The notes below the pieces were generated by a model. It saw only the letters and a list, made by a program, of their open reading frames with translations. It was not told the origin of the DNA and did no database searches. A stretch of 64,000 bases of DNA from Ascidiella aspersa (taxonomy: Eukaryota), in the NCBI GenBank assembly GCA_963924565.1, contig OZ004608.1, positions 11,098,001 through 11,162,000 of the forward strand, written 5' to 3'. Position 1 is the first letter of the stretch. The number at the start of each line of letters is the position of its first letter. This document shows positions 14,820 through 28,100 of the stretch, piece by piece. The position numbers and the translations under genes are program-made.

Positions 14820-16966
14820 CTACAGCTCGTCTACAGTGGTTACTTCCATGCGCACGAGTTTTTGGTGTGTTGAGCTTGATGCTATCGAAGATCCTTGACT
14901 GGACATGGACCCTGTTCGGTATTGCGTGTGTCTGAAAAGCGCAAGTTGGTGGTTAGAAAACAACAGACTTTTGAGATGCCCCACAAAATGATTTATGTTT
15001 TCGACACTGTTAACCGCTATTCAAAGAAAAAACGGCAATATTGTCTATCTATGAGTTAAATTGTTTCTTCGCAATTCAGACTTAAACATATATATACGTT
15101 AAGATTTGTAGTCACAAAAACTATTTATTCAAAAATTATGAGCGCTTATAAAAATTCACCTAAAAAAACTTAACGTAATTAATATATAAAAACGAAGTGC
15201 TTTTTCAAAGAATGAAAATCACAACAATTCCGCGTTGTAAAGTGTACAATAGGTTCTCAACCTTTTACTGTCGAATACCACTTTTTCTTGGTGTTTTTTT
15301 ACTGTCGCTGCACACTCCCTGGTTTCCAGACGAAACTATATGCCATTTTTATTTGTGCTTATTTAAGCCTTAACTTAAATTAAAGGGAAAATGCTTCCGT
15401 CGTCATCCCGGGATTTATGATTGCAGGTCGATTTAATGTGTCAAAGAAATATATACTTTTGGGCAGCCGCAGTAAAAATACACCTTGAAGTTTTTCGTAC
15501 AACGGCGTAAGTTTTGTACGAGAGGTTGAAAACCACTATTGTTAATATAGTCACGCGCACACGGATCGGTCAAACATTTCGATTTACAGCACGTCTGCCA
15601 CACAGTTGGAATTACCTGCTGATCGGAATATATTGTGTATTGATGTCCTCGCACTCTATCTGACAGGACCACCAGCCAGTAAAAAAAAGCACAGCGAAAA
15701 TTAAGTCGATCAAGCCCAGGTAGAGAAGGGTGTCGTTGTAACGATTCAACCCGGCTACCCCGATAATTCCTGGGGTTTGCAAAAAACAAATTAAAATAAT
15801 TGATTGCATTTACTTAAGCAAAGCGAAGCATCAACATTGGCCAAACGTGTAACTTAATTTATACAAAACTGGGTTAACTCAGATATCGCCTATTTAATTT
15901 TTTGCAGAAAAAGTGGGAAATGTTCGTAGTAAAGGGTATTTTAGACGATACAATTTGACTCTTGAGTGCTTGAAAGAAAGTTAATTTGTAAAATTATTTA
16001 TGTAGTAATAAACAATGGCATACTAACACTAAACTTGTTTAACCAAGTGGAGGGGCATGAAAATTACTATCGTGAGGCGGGGTTTTCTCTATTCCAACTT
16101 TTACCAACTTGTTTAGCCGTTCGTTCTATATCTTTAGTGTTATTGGAACTTATCAACAAACTAATTTGATATCGGAAAAATTCACAAAAATGTGTGCTAT
16201 TTTAACCTAATACAATACTAGAAGCTGTATGTTTATTATGAACAATGTTTAGGTTAACAGGAATTTACAAAAAAGGTGTCCTACTTTATCAGTTATTGCA
16301 TACAATAAAACTATGTTAGAACAGGTCTACGCTTGTGGTGTCACAATATAAAATTGAAATATATTAGTAGAACTCGGTCACCCCAAAGAACCCAACTGCT
16401 CGTCTGATGACAAGCTACACGCTATATAAGCACCCGAGTGTACTATCTCTACATATTTACAGGCTGGTGTAGCCTATGTAGAATGTGAACGTACTGTATA
16501 GAGCATATAAAGTTCAGTTGCTTCCGGCACAAGCCCGTCATCGCATAAAACCCTTTATCTTCACATGAAACTGACTGGAAACTGAAAGCTTAGGCTTTGC
16601 TAAACCACTAAGCCTAGTACGGTAAAAAAAACATAATTGTTTATGCCTTTTTTAAATAAATGTTTGTGGTTAATCTGTTTGAATATTTTAAATAAATTTG
16701 CTCATATTGGAGTTAAAAGTACTTCGTTATTTTCAATCTTTAATCATTTACGACGTCTATGTCAACACGTTAGTTAGGAACCGTTAGGGTCCTCTTGCAA
16801 TTTAATAATTTAACTTGATCAGGGTGCACATAATTATTTCTAAATTCTATACTTTAAACAGCTTACCAGGAATTATAAAGCCGATGGTCATTGCCAGAAA
16901 GACAGCAGCCACATATGCCATCCACATACACCGGCTGTAACGTTTTATAGACGTCCTTTTATCCAT
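14820..16966 (-). CDS. Small two-transmembrane protein, TMEM238-like, 121 aa, 3 coding exons
   Basis: Exons 16966-16867, 15769-15616, 14931-14820 (366 nt, phases 1 and 2 match). Protein MDKRTSIKRYSRCMWMAYVAAVFLAMTIGFIIPGIIGVAGLNRYNDTLLYLGLIDLIFAVLFFTGWWSCQIECEDINTQYIPISRHTQYRTGSMSSQGSSIASSSTHQKLVRMEVTTVDEL. The RC..TM1..D-x-L-L-Y-x-G..TM2-W-W-S-x-x-I-E pattern resembles TMEM238. A probable non-coding first exon ends at the donor at 17264. Confidence 0.7.
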
Positions 16967-17399
16967 ATCCCTTTTCCAAACTTTTACAGCCTCTACCAAA
17001 TGTAAGTTAACGATTCAAGCAATATCTATGGAATACGGTACCTTCAGCAGTATGATAGTAAATGACTTGTAATATTGTTATGTACAATTCAAAAATCTAA
17101 GCTAAAATCTGGGTTAAGGTAATACAATTAAGAAAAGTTATCCTTTATCGATGACCGAGAAACAACTATTACGATTTGGTCTCGGTCTCACTTTAAAGTT
17201 ATTGTCGCAGGCCTATGCTTGTTATGGACACACCTTGAGTGTAACATAGTCTATTCGCCATACCTGTCCTCAAATGTTTGCTGGTTTGTTGAACGAATTT
17301 AGTCAAACATTGACAAACGACATACGTCGCGTCGAGCGCTGTGTGTCTATTTGTTGGTGCACGAGTGCCGAGTCGACGAGTATAGAGACTTCACCTGAA

Positions 17400-17810
17400 A
17401 CGATGACTTCCGCCATGTTGAGGTCAAACGTAGTTAAGCCATCCGTCGGGGTTTTACTTTCACTTTAAGGAGTCTAAAAAGTGACCATTTTTTCTGTTCT
17501 GACACCATATTCTCCAAATGTACTATTATACATAGCCTACAATCATACATTGCTTAGAGCAAACATTATATCTGGATTATGTAGAATGATAAAATATAAC
17601 CTATAATCGAGAAGAGCTAAAGTGATTTTGAAATTTATTTTGTATTTATTTCTTGTCTGTAATTTGTTTTAAAAATTCAACGTAAGCTGTTACATAATTT
17701 GTTCAATAAGTTCATAACTTTGAACAAAGGCAATAGTATAGTCACGTGACTGTTTTGATTTCTATGTTAGCAGTCAATACGTGTGTGGATAAGTGGCAGT
17801 CAGGTAAATT
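17400..17810. promoter_or_regulatory. Bidirectional promoter between the TMEM238-like gene and MED26
   Basis: Opposed 5' donors at 17264 (minus) and about 17803 (plus, CAG|GTAAAT). YY1/ETS-like AACATGGCGGAAGT (minus, about 17406-17419) and perfect palindromic E-box GTCACGTGAC at 17741-17750. Confidence 0.55.
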
Positions 17811-18515
17811 TTTTTCTCAACCTCGCAGTCTGGTCGAGTCAGTCGACTTAACTAGACGCGTTTTTAGAAGTAGTTCCTTGTCATAAAGCTACTTCAGGTT
17901 ACGTAGAAACACTCATATTTTCCATATTTAGCTAATCTATGTAATCTGTGTGGCCATGAGCCTCTTTTCTTTCACCAAAAGCGTGAAATTTATTCACAAA
18001 GCTTTACAATCATAAAAATTGAATACATTTCTAATCCAAGTTTAAAATAGCAAACAGAATAACCTTTTCTGTCCATTTGCTAACTTGTTCTTCTATATTT
18101 TATTAAAAGGTGGTTAGTAGTATTGGAACTTATTATTTGCATTGTAAAAATTAAAGTAATAACTATTTCTTACCACCGCTGTGCCTTTAACAACCAAGTT
18201 TTGTGTATGATAAATATTGTTTTAGTGGTTGAGAATTTGTTTTTCTGTTTTTTTCATTGTTCAATTCAACAACTAAGCCTCTCATGTGTTTTAAGCAATT
18301 GAATACTTGAAGTCTTTTTGTTTACAAGATTTTGTTTTAAAAAATATCTTTCTTGATTATGATCTTCTTGCTCTAGAAAGAATGTTTTTTTTCTAATGAT
18401 TTCACCTTCTGTAGTGATTTAGTTTTACCCAAGGAAGACAAAACTCAGTCTTAGGTGTAAATTTGCGACACAATGAGTTTAGAGTTTTCTGTTTCTTCAT
18501 TGCGGTGACAAAGAA

Positions 18516-21500
18516 ATGTCGCTTACGCCATATCAAATTCAAGATCGACTCTTGCAAGTTATGAAAGCTGACGGAACTGTGAGTTAACTCCCTTTCACTC
18601 AACTTTTAATAGGAAATGTTTGTTGAAGTAAACCATGGTAAATAATGAAGTCCCACATTGGAAACTTCGCATATTGTTTAGGGGGATGTTAATCACGTTT
18701 GTAATCAAGTTGCTGCTAAAATTTGCGGGGACCAACTTTTGAATCTGGCAAAAAATGGAGTCACATTTGTTTTGTTTTTATGTTTTTAATATTAGTATTT
18801 CTCTAAGTTAATAAATCAGTATTTTTAGTAGCATGATTAAAGTTTTACATTTATTTTGGTTATTTAAAGTGTTAATACGGTTTAAATAAGTTGACCATCA
18901 TTTATTTCCTAGTCAAATATCGGTGTTGAATTTGCTTAATTTTTCAACTATTTGAGTTTGTCTAATCAGAAAAAAGGGTACCTTTGCTTTAAAATACAAT
19001 TTTATTTGTCTTTACCTTATTTTAGTAAACAAATCTTCCGAACAAAAGATAAGAAATGTCAACTTAATATTTTAAAATTTTATGATGATGTTAAATTCTT
19101 TCAAAATACAATACTCTTTATGTTTGTTTATTTTGTGTTGTTGATTGTCCATATACCATATCAAATTAGCAAACAACAATCATTACTGTAATACTACAGC
19201 CCAAATATAACAAGCTATCAGTTTTTGATTGTTGAAGATAACTAACAAGCTTTGTGTCAATTTTTTTGTGAATGTTGAAGTTAAAATCGTCCATGTTATT
19301 AGTTTTAATAATATTAAAAGCCGGTTGGATAAGGTAGAGTTGTCCCACTATGCTGCTAAGCAGTCTTTTAAAAGATACATTTTAAAATGCAGAGTAAAAA
19401 ACTTATTGGGAAAATACTAAAGTTGTTACAAAGTACTGAATAAGGTAACTTTAAAACTGAAATTAGAACTGTAATTTAATAACACAGCAAATAATGGTAA
19501 TAACGAATGGTATTACTTTTAAAATCTATTCCTGGATTAAAAAAGTTTCCCCAGAATTATATCCAACCTTTTATAGTGCACTTCTAGTTAACAAATCCAA
19601 AATTACATTTATGAATACTTCATATTTGTTTTGATAAATGTGTATAGTTTGAAACTTAACTAACTGGTAACTATTGAATTGTCTTTGTCCATTGTGTTAA
19701 TCAGTAATCTCCATATTTATCAGCTTAGTGTTAGGTTTCCTTAATTTGACCCAATTCTCTGCTATTTATCTACAAACAAGCTGTAGTTGTATAGAATCTT
19801 GCCTTACTGCAAGGTATACAATATGTTGTAAATAATAAGTTTGCCAAAATACTTTAATTATTTAAAATATATTATTCCCCAATGTTTATACCCTGCCATA
19901 AGCAATATTGGTAAACCAAGATTAAACAGGACTATTTTAAAACTGTGTGTCTTCAATCCAATATCAAGTTTCTAATGTACTTGGTAATGGTTCCTAATAA
20001 CATGATTTTATATTAAGGTTCGAAATCTCCATGTGGCTCTTGAGATTATTACAATGCTTGAGAATATTACCATAACCAGGCAGGAACTGGAGGTATGAAT
20101 TGATTTGTATAATACTTTAGTGATTTAAAATTGTGAATCACTGTTGCTTGTCAACTGTCAACAGAGTTGAGTGACTTTAGAATACTTTTTGAAAAAAATT
20201 AAAAATGAATTCAGATATTTAATGAATCATTAGAAAATTTGCAATACTGAGATGACTATACAGCAGTTTAAACAGTTTTTGCCTTTCTATATCAATAAAC
20301 TTATTAAACACTATTTTACAGTATTATTTTCTTTAATATACATTAACAAAAAAATTAGCCTTATCAGTGTATATAATTGGTAAGATAAAGCATTATTTCT
20401 TGTTTTTCTTTTGGGAGATGAAACAGCTATTTATAGTACTACTACTAATACAGTTATTATATTTCAAAGGACACTCGCATTGGGAAACACATCAACCTTG
20501 TGAGAAAAGCTGCCAAAGATCCTGGCCTGCAAAAGAGAGCTAAAAAACTAATTAAAACATGGCAGCAGATGCTCCCAGTTTCAATGCAGGTAGTTCATTT
20601 GAACTTGTAAGCTTGTTGCTTTGAGACCCTCTTTGACAATCTCACACTATTTGTAACTTGTATTATAAAATTTACTTTTATGTTTGCTAAACAGCCATTG
20701 ATTTGTGTATCAAATTAATTTTTGATTTCAAAAATATTTAAATTTTTTGTTGTTGGTTTTACTGCGGTGGACTTTAGTGGTGTATAGAAAATGAATAATG
20801 GTTTCTTTTTAGGAATATACAAACAAAAAATATTGTGTTGTGTCTTGTGTGTGTCCTCTCCTCACACTCAAACGTGGTCCGAACTACAAAATAAGTTTTT
20901 TAAAAAATAATGTTAGATGCGTTGGTGTGTTGCGCACAGGTCCAAAACCCAAAATACCTAGCCTATAGTTTTATAACCAGGGCTGAGTGGCGGATCGCTA
21001 CCCAAAAGCTATAATGTGTGTTAGACATCATCTGATTTATGCATGGTAGAAATTAACAGTTTAGGACGTAAGGTAGACAAAAAACCTTGAGCTAAATCGG
21101 AAAAAAAGCAAAAACTTTTTCTTGCCTGCCAGCAACAGCAGCAGTCGAAGAAGAAGATCTCCCCCGACAAGCCGCCGCGCAACTCGCCAGCCCCTCCACC
21201 GCCACCGCAACAGCAACATCGGCAGCAAACCAAGCACAGGACAGCCTCGCCTGCCGTGAAGAGCGCCGAGCGAAGGCACAACAACAACAACAGCAGTAGT
21301 AGCAGCGCGCCAACCAAACCGCCTGCCGTTGCCACCACGACCAACCATCGCAGCACTGTGAACGGCGACCTTCGAGACCGCGATAGGGAGCGGGGACATA
21401 AGCGCAAGGCCGACGCCAAGTCTCCCGCGCCGAGGGACAAGTTAAAAACCGACGCCAAGTTTCGCAGGAGCGCACATTACCCTTCCTCGGCTCATCGCAA

Positions 21501-22812
21501 CACCTCCTCACCTTCGCCGTCGTCGGCGGTGGGCGTTAACAGCGCTACGCCGACCAACTCTTCCTCGCCCAGGCTGCCTGCCAAACATTCGGCGGCGCTC
21601 GACTCGCCCAAGCCGTCCAAGACTCGCTCGCCCAAGTCGTCGTCTAAGAACTCGAAAAGCGGCTCGAGGTCGCACGCCACTTCCGCCTCTTTGCACACGC
21701 CCAACCACGGATCGCCGGCCGCTGCTAACCTCAAGTGCGAGACGAACGGACTCAAGATTAAGTTTCTGGTAAGCTCAACGGAAAATACTTTTAACTTGGT
21801 AATAATAAAAGTGGGAACGACAAATTCATAGAATCCCTAACACACTTGTTTAGTCTGATAACATTAAAATAAACTTTTCGTATTACGTTTTTACCCCGCT
21901 CAGTAGTTTTTGGTAAGTTATCGCCGCCAGCTCAACAGGCCGCGTTTTCGCGAGTCTTTCCTGAAAGCACATGTTGTAGCTTACAGTAAGTTCATCTTAC
22001 AGTTTAATGTGATTTTTTGTAAACCTATCCGATGTTTGTAGTTTTAGGCAACAAGAAAGTCAAAATATTACCAAAATAATATTCGACCCTTGTTTGATAA
22101 AGCAGTCGGGAATATTGCGCTACTTTAATGCAGACTTTTTACACTCTATTAACCTGTGCCACGTAGGATAAAATTGAGGACACCTGGCCTAAAACTAAAA
22201 CACCTGGACTTCACTAATTTATTTCACCAGACCATGCCGTCGACGTCACCGCAAAAAGACGAATACACAACGAACGCGTGGCAGGAACACGAGCCCAAGG
22301 CGTCGCACAAGCGAAAGCGCGACGACGACATCTCGCCGCCCGACAGCCTCGACTCGACGCGAACAAATGACGAGAGCGCCTCGTCCAGCCTCTATTCCAC
22401 CTTCAACCCCTCGCCACCGCTTTCCAATTCCGCCCCTTATTTAAGCGAACCGTTTCACGACCACCGTAGCCCGCCGCTCGCGACTGTGAACCTTACCTCG
22501 TCCAATTCCGTCGCCGTCGCGCCACCTGGCGCTAAACACGTCAGCGAAACGCAGCCGCGCGGTGGCACCGTAAACGTGACGGTCACGGATTCCGCGCGGG
22601 CCGCGAGGTGCCAAAAGCCGGCGTTTAATATACCGGACAACCCGGACGAAAAGTCCGGCGTGGACGGGTGCCGTGGCGGCCAGGGTGCCTGGTACGCTTG
22701 GTCTGACAGTATTTTTTTGCGAAGGCCAACGGTGCTTGCTGTAAACGATGCCGCCGCCGCCGCCGCCGAAATTGAGCCGCTCGCTATTTTGCCTTATGTC
22801 GAGCTGGATTAA
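18516..22812 (+). CDS. MED26: Mediator subunit 26, 491 aa, 5 exons
   Basis: Exons 18516-18578, 20018-20092, 20470-20589, 21133-21768, 22231-22812, all phase 0. N-terminal TFIIS/LW domain (QIQDRLLQ..VRNLHVALEIITMLE..ITRQELEDTRIGKHINLVRK..KRAKKLIKTWQ) and Med26 C-terminus (GCRGGQGAWYAWSD..LAILPYVELD). Confidence 0.93.
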
Positions 22813-23866
22813 TGTTGCGCGCCCCTATACGTGTTTCGTGTTTTTCGCTATTCCTTCTTTCCTGTAAGATACAGTCGCTGGTCAAACGTCGGGCCGTTCT
22901 TTCTCTCTCTTCGCGCACGTGAGCGCTTGTTGTCCACGCACGTCTGATAAGTTATTGTTTCCGGGGAAACGCGACCCGATGTGTTTCAAGACAAAAAATA
23001 AACTACTGCAGTAAACTGATGTGTGCCGCTTTTGCAATTTGTAATTTGCATTAACGAATAGAAGATTTAGTTGGAGCCAGAAAACGTTTTGCAGAAAATG
23101 GATCAACCAAATTAAATCCGGATCTAGACGTAAGTAACTTATTAGCAGTATGGTCACGTTGCACCCCTCTAGGATTCGCCCCTGGGTAGTACATACTTTA
23201 ATGTTGTGTTCAGCAGCATCACCTTCCGAATTCGTAACTGTGTAAACTCTCTACAAGAGCCTCTTTTTTATGCGAGATCCTGTATTTCAACCTTTGCAGC
23301 TCAGGATCCAACCATAGAATACGAATTAATTTTGTTTTCTATGGTAATGGGAACTTTAACCAAATATTTTCGAGTTAGTAAAAATGAAAAAACACGTCAA
23401 TTTACACGTTTTTTTAAAATAATATTTTAATAAATAATCAAGTGTTACGAATTCTGTTTTGTGCTTTTGAATATTATTTAAATTTTGGCGGATGATAGTA
23501 TAATACAGTATCATTGAATAAACTTTCAATATTTTCCTTTAGAGAACAGAAAAAAAAATGTATCATGAAGTTGTTTTTGTAATTTTTTAATAATAGCATT
23601 AATAAATTTGATTTGGCGTTTGTTGAGTCAAACAATTATGGAAGTTTGAATTGTTCTCTGTATCTTGCCAAGTAAACTTTAAATTGATACCATTTTTATA
23701 TTTATTTAAAATTACTTAATGCTGTAATGTGAAATTTAAAGTCCGGTGAGCAGATAGCAGTAATATGACTCTTTTTATAAACAGTGAAATGAAATGAACA
23801 ATAACTTCAAGGCGAGCCCAGTCTGCATTCTGTTCCAGATTCATACCATTTTGTTTTGAGCAATTT

Positions 23867-24031
23867 GCGCGCTGTTCCAGAATCCTACCACTACGAACAT
23901 TGTTTGGGGGTGCAGGCTTGGGTGGAAAGTATTATTATTATATTTTATCTCCCGTATTTTTTTCCCTTACAGTTTTAATATCTTGACAACTTGTATTATT
24001 ACTTAAATGTGATAGGATTCTAGAGTAGACC
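23867..24031. mobile_element. Degenerate family A MITE copy
   Basis: Left AGAATCCTACCAC, right GTGATAGGATTCTAGA; same TIR core as 24087-24241. Confidence 0.65.
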
Positions 24032-24086
24032 ATCACCACAATTTGTGTCCACACCTGAATTAGTTTTATTGCAAATCCCAATTTTG

Positions 24087-24241
24087 GGCGCCGGTCTAGA
24101 GTCCTACCACAGTTATGAAATCAACGCACAAAATTTGAGTTAGGTTGCGGGTTTGGGTGTACTTGACCCGCCCTAACCCAGACGCTAACCTGCAACCTAA
24201 CCCAAATAATGCGCGTTGTGGTAGGATTCTAGACCAACGCC
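24087..24241. mobile_element. Fold-back MITE (family A) with 24-bp TIRs and 6-bp TSD
   Basis: Left end GGCGCCGGTCTAGAGTCCTACCAC versus reverse complement of right end GGCGTTGGTCTAGAATCCTACCAC (21/24). Internal inverted arms contain TTAGG-like units. Flanked by ATTTTG on both sides (24081-24086, 24242-24247). Confidence 0.85.
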
Positions 24242-25153
24242 ATTTTGAATTAAGTTAAGTTGTTTGTAAACCTCCGGTGTGCATAAAACCTGGATTGCAC
24301 ACCTGGAAATTTGGCTGCTTACTTGAGATCTCTACATAGACTGGAGGCTAGCTAAATTATAGTCAAGAAGATCAAAATGTTTAGTGAAAAGTCTTTATTT
24401 TTATTTGTGTCCTTAATTATACATATCAGAGGTTGTACTCCTGAGGGGCTATATGTGGTTTAGTATGTTGTTAAAGTCCACAATTAATTGTTTTTCGGTG
24501 GCATTTAGTTTTACAAACAGAATGTGAAAAATTTCATGATATTCTATTGACTCATTCTGCATTCATTGGCATGTGAATACCCGAGGTTTTTATAAGGAAC
24601 TTTGTGTCCATATCTGAATTAGTAAATTGTTTACCTAAAAGGTTGAGTTATGGCAAAATTCTGAACCTCAGGGGTACATGAAATCCTGATTGCACACATG
24701 CACACATTAAAATTTGGCGCTGCACACCCAAGATATCAGGGAAAAGTGCTATAAAATACAGACAGATTGTTGCTGACAGAAATTTGTTAAGTTGTTCAGC
24801 TACTTTTACTTTCCAATAATGATGGATTTAATTATAAGTTCATTAGAATGGCCCGGCATGTAAACTGTTTTGACTATTTATATAAAAGAAATTTTTGTAG
24901 CCAGCATACTATATGACTATAATAGATTTGTGACCAAAAACTAATACATAGCTCATAAAGTATGCAAACCGCTCACCATGCAGCATAAAATTCTAACAGC
25001 TAACTGATGCGGCCAAATTATTAAGATACATGCTGACTGAGGAAATAGTGTTTTATTTTAAATAAACCTTTTATATGCATATAACTTTTTGCGCCCACAC
25101 AAATCATAGAAGATTAAAATCAATCAATAAAAAACAAGGAAAGCGCTGCAAGG

Positions 25154-28100
25154 CTATTCTTTCTTTTCTTCATCCTTCATGTTGTTTTGTGTTGCAAGTG
25201 TAGCCGTTACAATTTCACCAAGAGAGGTGGCTTTCTGTAATTAAAATAATAATTTACTAAACAGGGTGGTATAAACTCACATTAAATGAATTTATAGAAA
25301 TCCCAACAAAAAGCAGTCATTCATGCCAAAATTCATTGCTATTTGCTAAGCCTAAAAGTTTAGCATGACCAGATGAAATGCATTTAATTATAGCTGACCT
25401 TATTCATGAGAAATACTGTAAAGTAGTAAAAAAAATTAACAAAAATGTTGTTTTATGCCATACGTTTTGCCTGATTTCTTGCATGTTTCTCAGTTGATAG
25501 ACTGAAATCTGGCCATCGCTATCACCAACTAAAATGCTGTTGGAGTTGTTTGAAAAAACTGAACAACTAAGTTTGATTCCAGGGCTTGCGAGGGTTATAA
25601 TCAGAGGGTCAAGTCTAAAGAAGTAAATAGACAAAAGAAAGTTAAACGCACACCTATATCAGTATATGCCAAAATAATAGAGTTTTGCATCTATAACACT
25701 TAGAAATAAAAGTTAAAAACAACCAATGTATATAAGTGTTGGCAGTCAACAGTCAGAAGGCTAAAATAATGGATTATCTTAGAAAAACATTATCACTGGG
25801 TTGCTGTGTGATTTAGACTTACTACCAGGTAACCAATTGCCATATGTTTAGTTTCCTTTTGGTAAACTTTTAACATGAATACCTTATCATATCGATTTGG
25901 TTAGTCTTTTTAGCATAGAGTTTGTATGTATGTGCAAAACAAAACAGGATATAATTTGCAAACTGTTTACTGTTCTTAGCATACAAAGGCATTTGTAATT
26001 TACGTATTAGAACTGAGGTCCCATATTTCAACTGCTCCCTCATTCACGGCACAGAACACAGTTGAAGAGTATGGCGACCAGCAAATGTCGTGCACAGCTT
26101 TTGTGGTTGAGAAGAAATTCAATACAGGCTTGAGGTGCGTTTGAGACCATAATCTGTGAAATAATTAATTTTGACACTTTTGCAAATGTAAGGATTATTT
26201 TAAAATAAATAAGCATACCGTAGGAGTTAATATGATCAGTATAATAAGGTTGTTAATATTGCAAATATTCTAAAAAAGATTTAGAAACACAATTGCCCAG
26301 TTCACACCTTATGCTCCAATCAGCACTGCAGGATAAAAATGTGTCGCTTGAAAATGGTGACCATTTCAGTTTGTACAGTGGTCCAGTGTGGCCACAGTAT
26401 GTGTCAAGGAATTGTTCGTTATATGAGCAAGAGCATTTGTGAATGAGGCCCTCTTCCGTGCCAGCCAGGTACATGTTTAAGTCCTACACAAAGATTATGA
26501 GTTAAATTGCTTGTAATCCAAGCCAAGGAGTACAACAAAGGGTTGCAGAGGGTCTACAAGAACACTGGAAATTGATTTTTTAAGTTAAGACAACAGTTCA
26601 TCCATTTTGTCTACAATATTGTCTTTAAGGTTTGACATAGTTTAGAAATGTAAGCATAATTATTGGTTAGGGTCAGTCTTAAAAAAATAAGGGTTCCTAA
26701 GTGTGATAAACTTTTTAATGAGGTTCTTGAAAAAGGTTGGGAACCACTAATTTAGACTGTAGCAAAACACTGTGCATAATAAAGAATTGGCCATTTTATC
26801 GCACCTTTTGATGGAAGTCAAAGCACATTCCTGGAGCTTGTCTTGATATGAATGCTTCTGATTTCTCTTTCTTCTTTTGGTTGGGTTTGCTTCCAGTCCG
26901 TTTAAGCTTCATAAGATCTACGTAAAAAACAACACCTATGTTAATCCTAAATGAATATGCAGTGTAATGAAATGCAAGAAAACATGCAAATTATCTACAA
27001 ATTTTTACCACTACTGAAAAACTTTTCGAACAAAATCTAGCCAAAAAGAACTTCTTTATATTCCATACAAAGTAGTAACAGTTTTTGTTGTTTAATTTAC
27101 CAACGCATTCAAATCCTTTCCTTATTGACCACTGCACAATTCTTCCATCAGCTGAAATGGAAACGAGGATTTCTCCTTTTTCGTCTCCAACACCTTTCTC
27201 TCTGTCGATCCAGCAAAGCTGCCAAACTGGACTGGAGTGCTTACCATGGCAGTCACTGCAAAAACACAACAACATTTTCTTACCCCCAAAAGTTGCGAAT
27301 AGAGACAAAAGCTGCACTAGGAAGTGGTTCTTTTCTCCTAATTATGGTATATTATTTTAATATTAAAAAGTGTACTTTAAGATACAAATAGACATACTTA
27401 ACATTCATGAGATATTGTGAAGTGTATTTATAGTGGTGAAAAGAGTCACTTAATATAAACTTACAAGCTATCAAGCACAGCCCTGTCTTCTGTGTTTCTC
27501 ACATTGTAAATGCAAACTGAGCCGTCATAAAGACCTACAGCGAGGAGGTTGGGGTTAGTGGTGCTGAAGTCCAGTGCAGTTACGCTGGATTTGCAGTGAA
27601 ACACTCTTTCAGGATACTGCAGTAAACAAATGTTGAGCCTTTATTTTATCTAGCATATTACCTAAATGTTAAACAGGTTTACATAAAAATCTAATGTATC
27701 CAACAGTCAAAGGTATTTAAAGCTACAGCAAGCAGTTCTATCTTTATACAGTATGCCATATACCAAATCTAAACTGTTTTCTTAACAAATCGATCTATTA
27801 TTATGATAGCCCCGGAGATGAAGAAGTTTAAAAGAAAGGTTGGTAAGTTTTACCTCAGGATTTTTTAGGTTCCAGCAGCATGTGAGGCCGCCCTTGGATT
27901 TGCTTTGTTCACTGAATCCAAACTGACCATAGGCAACTGCCAGAATGTCAGAGTTCTTTTTGTTCCAAACCATCCCAGCAACATTTCTTCCCTGTTGAAA
28001 AATGTTTATTACATGTTTAGTGTTCAATCAGGTTAACTGATGTTGAATAAATTAATTCATTGATCCTATGTTTTTTCAAATAACAAACATTTGTAGCAAA

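Noticed and set aside
21021-21755. Several antisense ORFs with poly-Cys/Leu/Arg tracts
   Set aside because: Shadows of the GC-rich low-complexity MED26 exon 4.
22156-22230. N-terminal extension of ORF 22156-22812 or an acceptor at 22166
   Set aside because: The 22166 acceptor hits a stop in phase 0; the branch point and CAG at 22230 give the in-frame exon start at 22231.
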